Part shown: piece by piece, positions 1 to 8,171 of the stretch
Layout of the letters: each line of letters begins with the position of its first letter
How positions within the stretch are numbered: the stretch's first letter is position 1
From: a virus
IMG/VR virus record: IMGVR_UViG_3300028481_000016
Location: 1-33,466 of that record
DNA length: 33,466 bases
Direction: 5' to 3' (one strand)
Translations under genes and position numbers: made by a program
Notes under the pieces: model-generated
Database searches by the model: none
What the model saw: only the letters and a program-made list of their open reading frames with translations
Told to the model about the DNA's origin: nothing

Positions 1-130
1 AAAGCGGATTTTTACCATACTTTTTTTTCTTTTTCCCGCCAGTTTTTTTAAAAATCTTATGTATTTGTAAACATTTCTTTAAAATGTCAAAAAAAAGTGC
101 TTGACAAGCCTTTTTTTTTGTGTTATCATA
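1..130 (+). repeat. Terminal direct repeat (copy 1), matches 33337-33466
   Basis: 1-126 is identical to 33337-33462. Position 127 is C versus T at 33463, then 3 nt match. Consistent with a circular-assembly overlap. Confidence 0.9.
101..129 (+). promoter_or_regulatory. Sigma-A-type promoter of leader/protein module A
   Basis: TTGACA (101-106), 17-nt spacer, TG-n-TATCAT (124-129). Confidence 0.8.
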
Positions 131-135
131 TTCTC

Positions 136-261
136 ATAATGATTGATTGATTTGTTGGTGCCTCAACCGCTGACAAATTAGAGAAAAAGCTTTTTATAAC
201 GTTTAACTGGTTGAGGCAGTTAGGCGTCATAAAGAGCTTTTTCTTATTAAAAAATCATTAT
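136..261 (+). ncRNA. Candidate structured leader RNA, copy A
   Basis: Outer stem 136-144/253-261. Interleaved stems 159-168/209-218 (10 bp) and 182-197/229-244 (16 bp, one G-U). Same layout as 1221-1346. Confidence 0.6.
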
Positions 262-300
262 AAAAGCAGATTGAAAATTTAATATAGAGAGGTGAAAAAC

Positions 301-633
301 ATGGACGCGAGGGAGTTCTATGCCCAAATAGACAAAGCGGATGATGATCTTTACGAATTAATCAGGAGCTTGTGGAATATATGCAGTGAAGCAGATAATT
401 TAAAGTATATTTTTGAAGAAATAACAAGGGGCGCGGAGAATATAAAAGACGAAGAGAAGAGAGAAAAATTCAGTTCTGTATTGTCGTATTTAAATGACCG
501 GTTACACGAGATTAGCGAACAATGTAATGACATTGGCATAGATTTAGACATGGTGCGCGATTGTGATTTTATTGAGCTAGTAGAAGAAGCCGAATATATT
601 GCAAATGAAGAGGAAAAAAAAACCGCTAACTAA
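301..633 (+). CDS. Acidic, predicted helical hypothetical protein; probable distant paralog of 1377-1658
   Basis: ORF 292-633. RBS GAGGTG with 6-nt spacing favours ATG 301. Confidence 0.75.
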   Translation: MDAREFYAQIDKADDDLYELIRSLWNICSEADNLKYIFEEITRGAENIKDEEKREKFSSVLSYLNDRLHEISEQCNDIGIDLDMVRDCDFIELVEEAEYIANEEEKKTAN

Positions 634-718
634 TGGCAATAGTTAGACGGCAAGGTTTTAAAGGAAAGGGGTTGTACCCCAAACCTGAAAAAAAAATGTC
701 ACATATAAATTTTTTTCA
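614..718 (-). ncRNA. Candidate antisense (counter-transcribed) sRNA
   Basis: Minus-strand TTGACA (748-753), 17-nt spacer, GATAGT. 5' hairpin with A/T-tract arms. Terminator stem 623-650 followed by a T9 tract (614-622 on minus). The start position is estimated. Confidence 0.55.
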
Positions 719-791
719 GGTTTTACTATCTCACTAAAAAAAAAGGTTGTCAAGGGTTTTATAAAAAAAATTTTATGGGGGATAAAAAACC

Positions 792-1142
792 ATGTTAAGG
801 GACATGTTCAAAGATTGGCACAGGAGAATACCAAGATTGATAGGCCTTTATGAGAATAAAACAAAAAAAAAATATGACCTGGATATTTTAGAGGCAATAT
901 ATTTGCACGCATTAAAAAAAGAATATGAGCGGAATAAAAAAAAAGGGCTTCTTTTAAGAAATGGCGCATTTGTTACTACTTTATATGATATGTGCGGGGC
1001 AAGTCGACTTCCGCTATATTATCAAGAAAAAGCGATTCAAGAGTTAGAAAATCGAGGATTTATCGAATACGATCCGCTTTTATTTGATAAATACGATGAA
1101 CTCTCAGATAAATGTGTTATGTTTATGATTAAAATTTTATGA
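792..1142 (+). CDS. Winged-helix DNA-binding protein resembling the N-terminus of phage replication initiators
   Basis: Motif FVTTLYDMCGASRLPLYYQEKAIQELENRGFIEY resembles the wHTH of replisome organizers; GGGGG RBS. Confidence 0.5.
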   Translation: MLRDMFKDWHRRIPRLIGLYENKTKKKYDLDILEAIYLHALKKEYERNKKKGLLLRNGAFVTTLYDMCGASRLPLYYQEKAIQELENRGFIEYDPLLFDKYDELSDKCVMFMIKIL

Positions 1143-1186
1143 GTTTATATTATTAGTAATTTACTAAAAATGTCAAAAAAAAGTGC

Positions 1187-1215
1187 TTGACAAGTATAAA
1201 AAAATGTGTTATTAT
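1187..1215 (+). promoter_or_regulatory. Sigma-A-type promoter of module B
   Basis: TTGACA, 17-nt spacer, TG-n-TATTAT. The upstream AAAATGTCAAAAAAAAGTGCTTGACAAG is shared with module A. Confidence 0.8.
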
Positions 1216-1220
1216 ATAAT

Positions 1221-1346
1221 TATAATGATTGATTGATTTATTTGGCGCTCTACCCGCTAAATAAATTTGAGAAAGTGGTTTTTTTCTCCGTTTGTCGGTA
1301 GAGGGCAAGCGGGCAAAAAGACCACTTTTTTAATTCAATCATTATA
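1221..1346 (+). ncRNA. Candidate structured leader RNA, copy B
   Basis: Outer stem 1221-1232/1335-1346. Interleaved stems 1245-1254/1297-1306 and 1271-1285/1315-1329. The 3' AAAAGCAGATTGAAAATTT is shared with copy A. Confidence 0.6.
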
Positions 1347-1376
1347 AAAGCAGATTGAAAATTTGGGGGAGTTTAT

Positions 1377-1658
1377 ATGGAGGCGAAATATAATTATTTT
1401 GCATTGATAGAAATAATGCTATCAACTTTAAAAATTATGGATAGAGAGGTTTCAAATTTAGTTCATGCACTTGGGGCAAATGACAATTTAAAAAACGAGG
1501 ATGATATTTGGCGGTTTGTCTATAATTTGGATTATCGAATTTTTACATTATCTGAAATATTAGTTAAACGCTATAAGAAATCAAAAACACAATTTGGCAG
1601 TACAAGCGAGAATATGGCGGAACAAGAAATTAAAAAGGAGGAAGTAAAAAATGATTGA
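1377..1658 (+). CDS. Hypothetical helical protein; probable paralog of 301-633
   Basis: ORF with GGGGGAG RBS; same upstream cassette; shared residue pattern. Confidence 0.7.
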   Translation: MEAKYNYFALIEIMLSTLKIMDREVSNLVHALGANDNLKNEDDIWRFVYNLDYRIFTLSEILVKRYKKSKTQFGSTSENMAEQEIKKEEVKND

Positions 1659-1995
1659 TGAAGTAAGAAGAGCAAGTGAAAAAGCGTTTGAAAGTTATAA
1701 AAAACATTTTGGGATTGTACACCCGTCAGGGGTACACCCCGCAGTTGTTTTTTCTGATCCGTTTTCGGAAACGCTAAAAAGATACGACATAATCGGAGAA
1801 CCAGAAACAAAAAAAGAAATTTTAGAAACTTTATACAAATGGACTCATGGCATGGCAGAAATTGAAACAATTGCAAATAATAAATTTTGGCGTGCGGATC
1901 AAATAAAAGAAAATTTGGCTGTCATAATTTGGGGGTATCATAACAAAGGGCAAACGGTTATTTTGAATTATTGTTTTAATTATGGGAGATTTTAA
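1651..1995 (+). CDS. Hypothetical protein
   Basis: AAGGAGG RBS; overlaps the previous stop. Confidence 0.7.
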   Translation: MIDEVRRASEKAFESYKKHFGIVHPSGVHPAVVFSDPFSETLKRYDIIGEPETKKEILETLYKWTHGMAEIETIANNKFWRADQIKENLAVIIWGYHNKGQTVILNYCFNYGRF

Positions 1996-1998
1996 GGT

Positions 1999-2553
1999 AT
2001 GGAAACTAATTTGACAAATGACGAGTTACAAACGCTTAATATTTTTGAACGTTTACAACTTTTGCGCATGGATATACAAAAAGCAAATTTAAAGCAAAGC
2101 GGAATTAATGAATTTGCCAATTATAAATATTTTGATTTAAAAGACATTGTGCCAACTATTAATATCCTTTTATTAAAATATAAATTGACTACCCTTATAA
2201 CTTTTACAAATGAAATGGCAACTTTGACAATAATAAATTGCCACAAACCAGACGAGAAAATTATTTTTACCTCACCAATGAGAGATTTAGAGATTAAAAA
2301 ACTAAATAAAATACAAGTTTTGGGCGGTGTTGAAACTTATCAGAGGCGTTATTTGTATCTGATGGCATTTGATATTGTAGAAAGTGATTTAATTGAGGTT
2401 CAAAAAGCTTTACCAATTTCAAACGATCAAATTGAGACCATACAAAAACACGCCGATAAAATTGGAGTACTTCTTAAAAAATTTAATATCAGTGACATAA
2501 AAAAATTATCTTACGCGCAAGCGGATTTTATTATTAAAAAATTGACAGATTAA
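1999..2553 (+). CDS. erf: ERF-family single-strand annealing recombinase
   Basis: Motifs LKQSGINEFANYKYFDLKDIVP and LGGVETYQRRYLYLMAFDI are typical of ERF. Confidence 0.85.
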   Translation: METNLTNDELQTLNIFERLQLLRMDIQKANLKQSGINEFANYKYFDLKDIVPTINILLLKYKLTTLITFTNEMATLTIINCHKPDEKIIFTSPMRDLEIKKLNKIQVLGGVETYQRRYLYLMAFDIVESDLIEVQKALPISNDQIETIQKHADKIGVLLKKFNISDIKKLSYAQADFIIKKLTD

Positions 2554-2955
2554 AAAAGGCGAAAAAAGAGGCGTATTTCCCTTTTTCCCGCTTTCTTTCC
2601 GATTCCACGAGCCAAAATTTAAAATCCAAGAGCCACCGCAAGGAGATGCGAAGCATGTTAAACCAAGCGGGAGCGCGGAGAAATTTTCACAAACAAAAAT
2701 TTAAAATTCACAAGCAAAAAAATCTCCGTTCCGATAGCCGTCGGGCGGTCTTCTAGCCCTTATTTTGACACTCATCTTATCGCGTCCAATTTATTCACCC
2801 CTTCGCTAATAACATGTAGCCATAGATTTCCACAAACCGCAGATGGTATTCTTCTAGCCATGTTTTACCAATAGCCTGCTTTTGTTTATACTTTCTTGAA
2901 ATTTGTTATTGCCTTGTTTATAATTTGCTTATTAATATTTGTTGAAGGTGATTTT

Positions 2956-3348
2956 GTGTATGATTTAGTCGTTTCTCGTTTATCTTCTTTTGGTTATGAT
3001 TTGCAACCTGGAGATCAGCAAAAAATCGAATATTCTATTTCGCTTGTTTCTGAGTATATTAAAAACTTTTGTAATATTTATGGTGATTTGCCCGAAAGAT
3101 TAAAATATTATACTATTGATAAAATTTGTGGTGATTTCCTTAAGTCTAAGTTGCTGACTGGTAATTTACAATTTTCTGATATTAATTTTTCTTCTCCTGT
3201 TGTTAAAAGTATTACTGAGGGGGATTCTTCTGTTTCTTTTGCCGTTGATAAATCACAAACGCCAGCTCAAATGCTTACTTCTTTTATTGACAATTTGCTT
3301 GCATTTGATAAAAATATTTTGTATCGTTTTAGACGGCTTGAATGGTAA
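2956..3348 (+). CDS. Head-tail connector (SPP1 gp15-like)
   Basis: ORF 2896-3348; GTG at 2956 follows a GAAGGTGA RBS. VKSITEGDSSVSF and the C-terminal YRFRRLEW are typical of this family. Confidence 0.75.
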   Translation: MYDLVVSRLSSFGYDLQPGDQQKIEYSISLVSEYIKNFCNIYGDLPERLKYYTIDKICGDFLKSKLLTGNLQFSDINFSSPVVKSITEGDSSVSFAVDKSQTPAQMLTSFIDNLLAFDKNILYRFRRLEW

Positions 3349-3363
3349 GGAGGTTGTTGTTTT

Positions 3364-3774
3364 ATGTATTTTGATGTCGCTAGAACTGCTATTGAATCTT
3401 TGTATTCTGGACGTTGTACTATATCTATAAAGAGTAAACAATTTAATCAGACTACTAAACAGACTGAGTTTGTTGATACTGTTTTGATCGAAAATCAGCC
3501 TTGCCGTTTGTCTTATCTGAATCTTTATCCTAGCGAGGGAAATGTTCAGCATGGTTTTATTTCAAATAATGTTTCTTCAAAAGAGCGTGAGAGATTTTAC
3601 GTTAAATATCAGACTATAAAATTATTTATTTCTCCTTTAGTTAATGTTCCTCCTGGTTCTAAAATTACTGTTACCCAAAATAATCAAATACAAGTTTATA
3701 AATCTAGTGGACAACCTGCTGTTTATACTAATCATCAGGAAATTGAGTTAGAATTGTTTGATGAGGTGGTTTGA
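3364..3774 (+). CDS. Head-closure / head-tail adaptor protein
   Basis: IESLYSGRC, ENQPCRLSY, KLFISPLVNVPPGSKITVTQ and YTNHQEIEL motifs; position in the block. Confidence 0.75.
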   Translation: MYFDVARTAIESLYSGRCTISIKSKQFNQTTKQTEFVDTVLIENQPCRLSYLNLYPSEGNVQHGFISNNVSSKERERFYVKYQTIKLFISPLVNVPPGSKITVTQNNQIQVYKSSGQPAVYTNHQEIELELFDEVV

Positions 3775-4182
3775 ATGTTTTCTGTTAGAGTTGATATTAA
3801 TGATTTGATAAAATTAAATAATCAAATTAAACATTTGATGACTATAAATCCAAATAATCTCTGTCGTGATATAGCTTCTGAAACTGCACAAAATTTGTTG
3901 GCTGATATTAAATCCAAAACTCCTGTTGATACCGGAAGATTATTAAATAATTGGACTCTTAAAGGGCGAGAACTCCCTTCAGGTTATGAAATAATAATTT
4001 TGAATAATACTGGTTATGCTCATTATGTTGAGTATGGTCATAAGCAAAAAACAAAACATGGTTTTAAGTGGATTGGTGGGATTTATATGTTATCTCGTTC
4101 TTGTAAAAATGCTCGTCCGTTGTTAAAATCAATATCTTTAAAAAGTGTTGCTTCTTTCTTTAGGAGGTTTTTTAAATTTTAA
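3775..4182 (+). CDS. HK97 gp10-like neck/tail-completion protein
   Basis: KTPVDTGRLLNNW and NNTGYAHYVEYGH motifs. Confidence 0.85.
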   Translation: MFSVRVDINDLIKLNNQIKHLMTINPNNLCRDIASETAQNLLADIKSKTPVDTGRLLNNWTLKGRELPSGYEIIILNNTGYAHYVEYGHKQKTKHGFKWIGGIYMLSRSCKNARPLLKSISLKSVASFFRRFFKF

Positions 4183-4613
4183 GACAGATTGTTAATGGAA
4201 TATCCAATAAGTTGTTTTCTTTTTATGGGGCGGTTTATGATATTTATCTTGAGAATGTTTCTCAAAACCTTACTCCACCTTGCTTTTTGATTAACTTAAT
4301 CTCCTCTGATATTAAAATGTATTTTAAACCTCGTTACCGTTTTTATTCTAATTTCGACGTTATTTATTTTAGTAATAATGTTAAACAATATGATGATTGT
4401 TTGGCTCGTTCTTCTGAGTTGTTTGATTTGCTTGAGTATATTACTCTTTCAGATGATTCTCTTATTCGTGGTTCTAAAATGTCTACTTATATTCAAGATG
4501 ATATCTTGTATTTTAATGTTTCTTACAACTTGATTTTGCAAAATAAATCTGACATAATAAACATGATGGAAGAACAAAAAAATAATATTGGAGTGATAAA
4601 TAGATGGGTTTAG
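4176..4613 (+). CDS. Tail terminator/completion protein; probable ATT start at 4176 (ORF track start 4212)
   Basis: ENVSQNLTPPCFLI and FDVIYF motifs. AGGAGG at 4162-4167 lies 8 nt before an in-frame ATT, and an in-frame TAA sits immediately upstream. Confidence 0.7.
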   Translation: MLRQIVNGISNKLFSFYGAVYDIYLENVSQNLTPPCFLINLISSDIKMYFKPRYRFYSNFDVIYFSNNVKQYDDCLARSSELFDLLEYITLSDDSLIRGSKMSTYIQDDILYFNVSYNLILQNKSDIINMMEEQKNNIGVINRWV

Positions 4614-5950
4614 GTGGAGGAACCTTTGTAAGTGTTGGTGAGAAGAAATTACCAGGCAGTTATATTAATTTTGTTTCTACGTCTAGAGCAATTGGAATAT
4701 TAAGTGAGCGTGGATTTGTAGCCATGCCACTTTTATTAGATTGGGGAGTAGAACAAGAAGTTAAAAGTGTAGAGCAAGAAGAAATTGAGAGTAAATCATT
4801 AGTCTTGTTTGGATATGATTATGGCGATGAAGAATTGAAACCGATAAGAGAGATATTCAAACATGCTAGGACATTATATTATTATCGTTTAGGGCAAGGT
4901 GTAAAAGCCACATCTACGATAGCAACGGCTAAATATGCAGGTACACGTGGCAATAAAATAAAAATTGTTACTACGGCTATAATATCGGACGAAACTACAA
5001 CAGGATATACGGTTAAGACCTTTCTTGATGATATTTTAGTTGATAGCCAAGAAGTAAGCGGAGCAACATCAACGACAGACGATTTAGCAGTTAATGATTT
5101 TGTTGATTGGATAGCAGAAGTAAGTTTGTCAGCAGGTACTATTAATTTAAGCGGAGGTACAAATGCGACAGTTACAAGTGGTGACTATGCAACATTTTTG
5201 ACAGCGATAGAACCATATTCGTTTAACACGATAGGATATGCAGGAACAGATTCAGCAGTTAAATCTTTATTTACTTCTTTTACAGAAAGGATGAGAGACA
5301 ATCAAGGGATAAAGTTTCAATGTGTGTTGTATAAGTATGAAAGTGCAAATTACGAGGGGATAATATCAGTTGAGAATAGTCCAGTTAGTAGCAGCAATGC
5401 CGATGGCACCAGTGCCTCTTCTTTAAACCCCTTAGTTTATTGGGTTGTTGGAGCTCAAGCAGGTTGTGCAGTAAATAAATCGAATACAAATATTAAATAC
5501 GATGGCGAATATGATATCAATGTAAGTTATACGCAGGCACAACTTGAAGATGGATTAGATAGCGGTAAGTTTATGTTTCATAAAGTCGGCGATGAAGTAA
5601 GAGTTCTTGAAGATATAAACACATTGACAACATTTTCTGTGGATAAAAACGAAGACTTTAAATATAATCAAACTATAAGAGTAATAGATCAGATAGGAAA
5701 TGATATAGCGGTAATATTTAATACTCAGTTTTTGGGCAAAATACCGAATGACGATAGCGGGAGAGCGTCTTTATGGAATGAGTTAGTTAAATATCATGAA
5801 CGATTGCAAACTGTGAGAGCAATAGAGAATTTTTCAAGTGGGGATATAACTGTTACTGCGGGTGATACCAAGAAGATGGTTGTTGTTGATGAGGTTATAA
5901 CTCCGACTAATTGCATGACGCAACTTTATATGACTTGTAAAATATCTTAA
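4604..5950 (+). CDS. xkdK: Contractile tail sheath protein (XkdK-like)
   Basis: MGLGGGTF..KKLPGSYINF N-terminus, NQTIRVIDQIGND, C-terminal TQLYMT. Confidence 0.92.
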   Translation: MGLGGGTFVSVGEKKLPGSYINFVSTSRAIGILSERGFVAMPLLLDWGVEQEVKSVEQEEIESKSLVLFGYDYGDEELKPIREIFKHARTLYYYRLGQGVKATSTIATAKYAGTRGNKIKIVTTAIISDETTTGYTVKTFLDDILVDSQEVSGATSTTDDLAVNDFVDWIAEVSLSAGTINLSGGTNATVTSGDYATFLTAIEPYSFNTIGYAGTDSAVKSLFTSFTERMRDNQGIKFQCVLYKYESANYEGIISVENSPVSSSNADGTSASSLNPLVYWVVGAQAGCAVNKSNTNIKYDGEYDINVSYTQAQLEDGLDSGKFMFHKVGDEVRVLEDINTLTTFSVDKNEDFKYNQTIRVIDQIGNDIAVIFNTQFLGKIPNDDSGRASLWNELVKYHERLQTVRAIENFSSGDITVTAGDTKKMVVVDEVITPTNCMTQLYMTCKIS

Positions 5951-5967
5951 AAGGAGGCGAATAAAAT

Positions 5968-6441
5968 ATGGCGCAAAAAATGTTGGCAAAAGATACGATA
6001 TCAGCTGCTTTGGCTGAGTGTTATGTCATTATAAATGACAATAGATATAATTTTATGCAGGCAATCAATTTAGAAGCAAAGATAAAAAAAACAAAAACAG
6101 AAGTACCAATATTAGGACAAACTGGTAAAGGCCATAAGGCTGTCGGTTGGAAAGGTACTGGTTCAGCTACTTTTCACTTTAATACGTCAATTTTTGCTAA
6201 ACTTTTAGAAGATTACAAAGATACTGGCAAAGATATATATTTTGATATACAGGTTAAAATAAATGATCCTACGTCATCAGCTGGTTCTTATACTGTTTTT
6301 TTGAAGAATTGCAACTTAGATGGTGGCATATTGACAAAGTTTGACGCTGACGCAGAATATCTTGATTGTGATTTGGATTTCACTTTTGATAATTTTAGTG
6401 TTTATGAGGAATTTGAGCGTTTGGATGGGATGATGTTATAA
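5968..6441 (+). CDS. xkdM: Tail tube protein (XkdM-like)
   Basis: KDTISAALAECY, GHKAVGWKGTGS and FTFDNF motifs; follows the sheath gene. Confidence 0.92.
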   Translation: MAQKMLAKDTISAALAECYVIINDNRYNFMQAINLEAKIKKTKTEVPILGQTGKGHKAVGWKGTGSATFHFNTSIFAKLLEDYKDTGKDIYFDIQVKINDPTSSAGSYTVFLKNCNLDGGILTKFDADAEYLDCDLDFTFDNFSVYEEFERLDGMML

Positions 6442-6479
6442 TTAAAAGGTTTTAACGAGCTAATTTTACAACCAAAATA

Positions 6480-6510
6480 AAAAGCACACCGCATTTGATG
6501 TGCTTTTTTT
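6480..6510. terminator. Bidirectional intrinsic terminator
   Basis: AAAAGCACA-loop-TGTGCTTTTTTT between convergent units. Confidence 0.75.
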
Positions 6511-6540
6511 TAATTAGATGTCTATTTATTATTTTCTTTA

Positions 6541-6597
6541 ATCGTTTTTAAAATAAATAATCAGTACGAATAAAATACCTGTTATAAATCCAATCAT
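6541..6597 (-). CDS. Possible small hydrophobic peptide (MIGFITGILFVLIIYFKND)
   Basis: AGGAGG upstream fits an in-frame ATA 4 codons earlier better than this ATG; single TM-like stretch. Confidence 0.3.
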
Positions 6598-6621
6598 ATA
6601 ATCAAGTATTGTTTATTCCTC

Positions 6622-6825
6622 CTAAAGTATATATTGTCTTTTACAAATACATTCTTCTTCTTTATCGCTTGTTTTTGGTATCACACTTGCTCCAGTTAGT
6701 AATTCATATTTTTGCCGACTTATCTCTAATAATTTATTATCTGACTTATTATTTCTTAGATCCCTATTTTCTACATTTCTCTTTATGCCATTTAATAAAT
6801 CATATTTATCAATATTTTTTTGCAA
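6622..6825 (-). CDS. Hypothetical protein
   Basis: ORF 6622-6897; TTG at 6825 follows a GGGGGAAG RBS, downstream of terL. Confidence 0.5.
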   Translation of the reverse strand: MQKNIDKYDLLNGIKRNVENRDLRNNKSDNKLLEISRQKYELLTGASVIPKTSDKEEECICKRQYIL

Positions 6826-6850
6826 TCTTCTTCCCCCTTGACATATTAAT

Positions 6851-8164
6851 TTAATTAAAAGAAAAAATATCACCTTTTGTGAAATCTTCTGTTGCATATC
6901 TCATAGCGTCCATTAAGTGATTAAAATCATCTATCGGCTTATTTATTTGTTTTCCATTTTTATCTGTTTGCCAAGCGTAATTTTGTATTTCTAATAAAAA
7001 ATTTACACAAATTGGATGAACAATAATCTTAAAGTCCTGTAGATAATCAATGCCATTAATAATACTGTCTTTTCCTTTTCTAGCTGCTTTAATACCATGT
7101 ATTCCCAAATCATATAATCTATCTATACTTTTTGGTTCAGCTGAATCCGCTATTATTTTTTCTTTTGAATATCCCATTTTAAATATTTTTTCTGCTATTT
7201 TTTCATTGCTTAAATTCTTTTCATAAAGCTCATCAAATACATATAACAATTTTTCTTGCTCGAATATAATTCCACAAAATAAAGCAGTAGCATCATTAAC
7301 ATATCCAAAGTCAAGACCAAAACAAACTTTTGCATTCGTCCGTTTCTTTATTTCTGATATGTCAAAATCTTCCTCTATAAAATCTTCATATATTAAGCCT
7401 TCTGAAATGCCCCATTCGCCAAGAGCAGCTGTTTTATAACGTCTTGGATTATTAGTCTTCATTTTCTCAAATAATTTTATATCCGCTTCATCCAAAAACT
7501 CATTTATTTTATAAGTTGTTGTCATTGTTAAAACGTCATCATCGGGTTTATCAAAAAATCTCGTTTTTAACCAACATTCAGCCCATGGATTAAACGTAAG
7601 CGTTATCCGTTTCCATAAACCATTAGGCAATTCTCCTCTTATTGACTCGTCTATAAAATCAAAATCTTCCTCTTTCGTAATTTCATATGCTTCCTCGCAC
7701 CAAACAAAACAAATACTTCCAGTTTCTGTTGATATAGATGTTAATTTAAGCGGATCATCCAAACCACGAAATATAATTCGCTGGTGTGTTGGTAAATAAA
7801 CAAGTTCCAGTGGTGATAAAGTTGCTTTCCAATAAGCATTAACTCCTAAACGATTAATTGCCCATTTTAAATCTGAATAACAACTATCTCTTAATGTTCT
7901 TTCTGTCTTCCTTATTACTAGAGCATTTGCACCTGGATGTTGCATTATATGAACTATATGCCATAAAGCAGCTGTCTTTGACTTCTTACTTGCACGGCTA
8001 CCCTTACATATAACATATCGCTTTTTTGTATTCCAGAATTCAGAATAACCTTTACCAATTATATTTTGCAACGATATTCCTTCTTCCTTTACCCATTTCT
8101 TCACTTCTTTCTGTATTATTTTCTCGGAAGTGCTTAATAATCCACGTTTATTTTTCTGTTCCAT
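6851..8164 (-). CDS. terL: Terminase large subunit, PBSX family
   Basis: KGSRASKKSKT Walker A, WCEEAYE Walker B, GLDFGY, ADSAEPKSI and NHLMDAMRYA nuclease motifs. Confidence 0.95.
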   Translation of the reverse strand: MEQKNKRGLLSTSEKIIQKEVKKWVKEEGISLQNIIGKGYSEFWNTKKRYVICKGSRASKKSKTAALWHIVHIMQHPGANALVIRKTERTLRDSCYSDLKWAINRLGVNAYWKATLSPLELVYLPTHQRIIFRGLDDPLKLTSISTETGSICFVWCEEAYEITKEEDFDFIDESIRGELPNGLWKRITLTFNPWAECWLKTRFFDKPDDDVLTMTTTYKINEFLDEADIKLFEKMKTNNPRRYKTAALGEWGISEGLIYEDFIEEDFDISEIKKRTNAKVCFGLDFGYVNDATALFCGIIFEQEKLLYVFDELYEKNLSNEKIAEKIFKMGYSKEKIIADSAEPKSIDRLYDLGIHGIKAARKGKDSIINGIDYLQDFKIIVHPICVNFLLEIQNYAWQTDKNGKQINKPIDDFNHLMDAMRYATEDFTKGDIFSFN

Positions 8165-8171
8165 GATTTAA

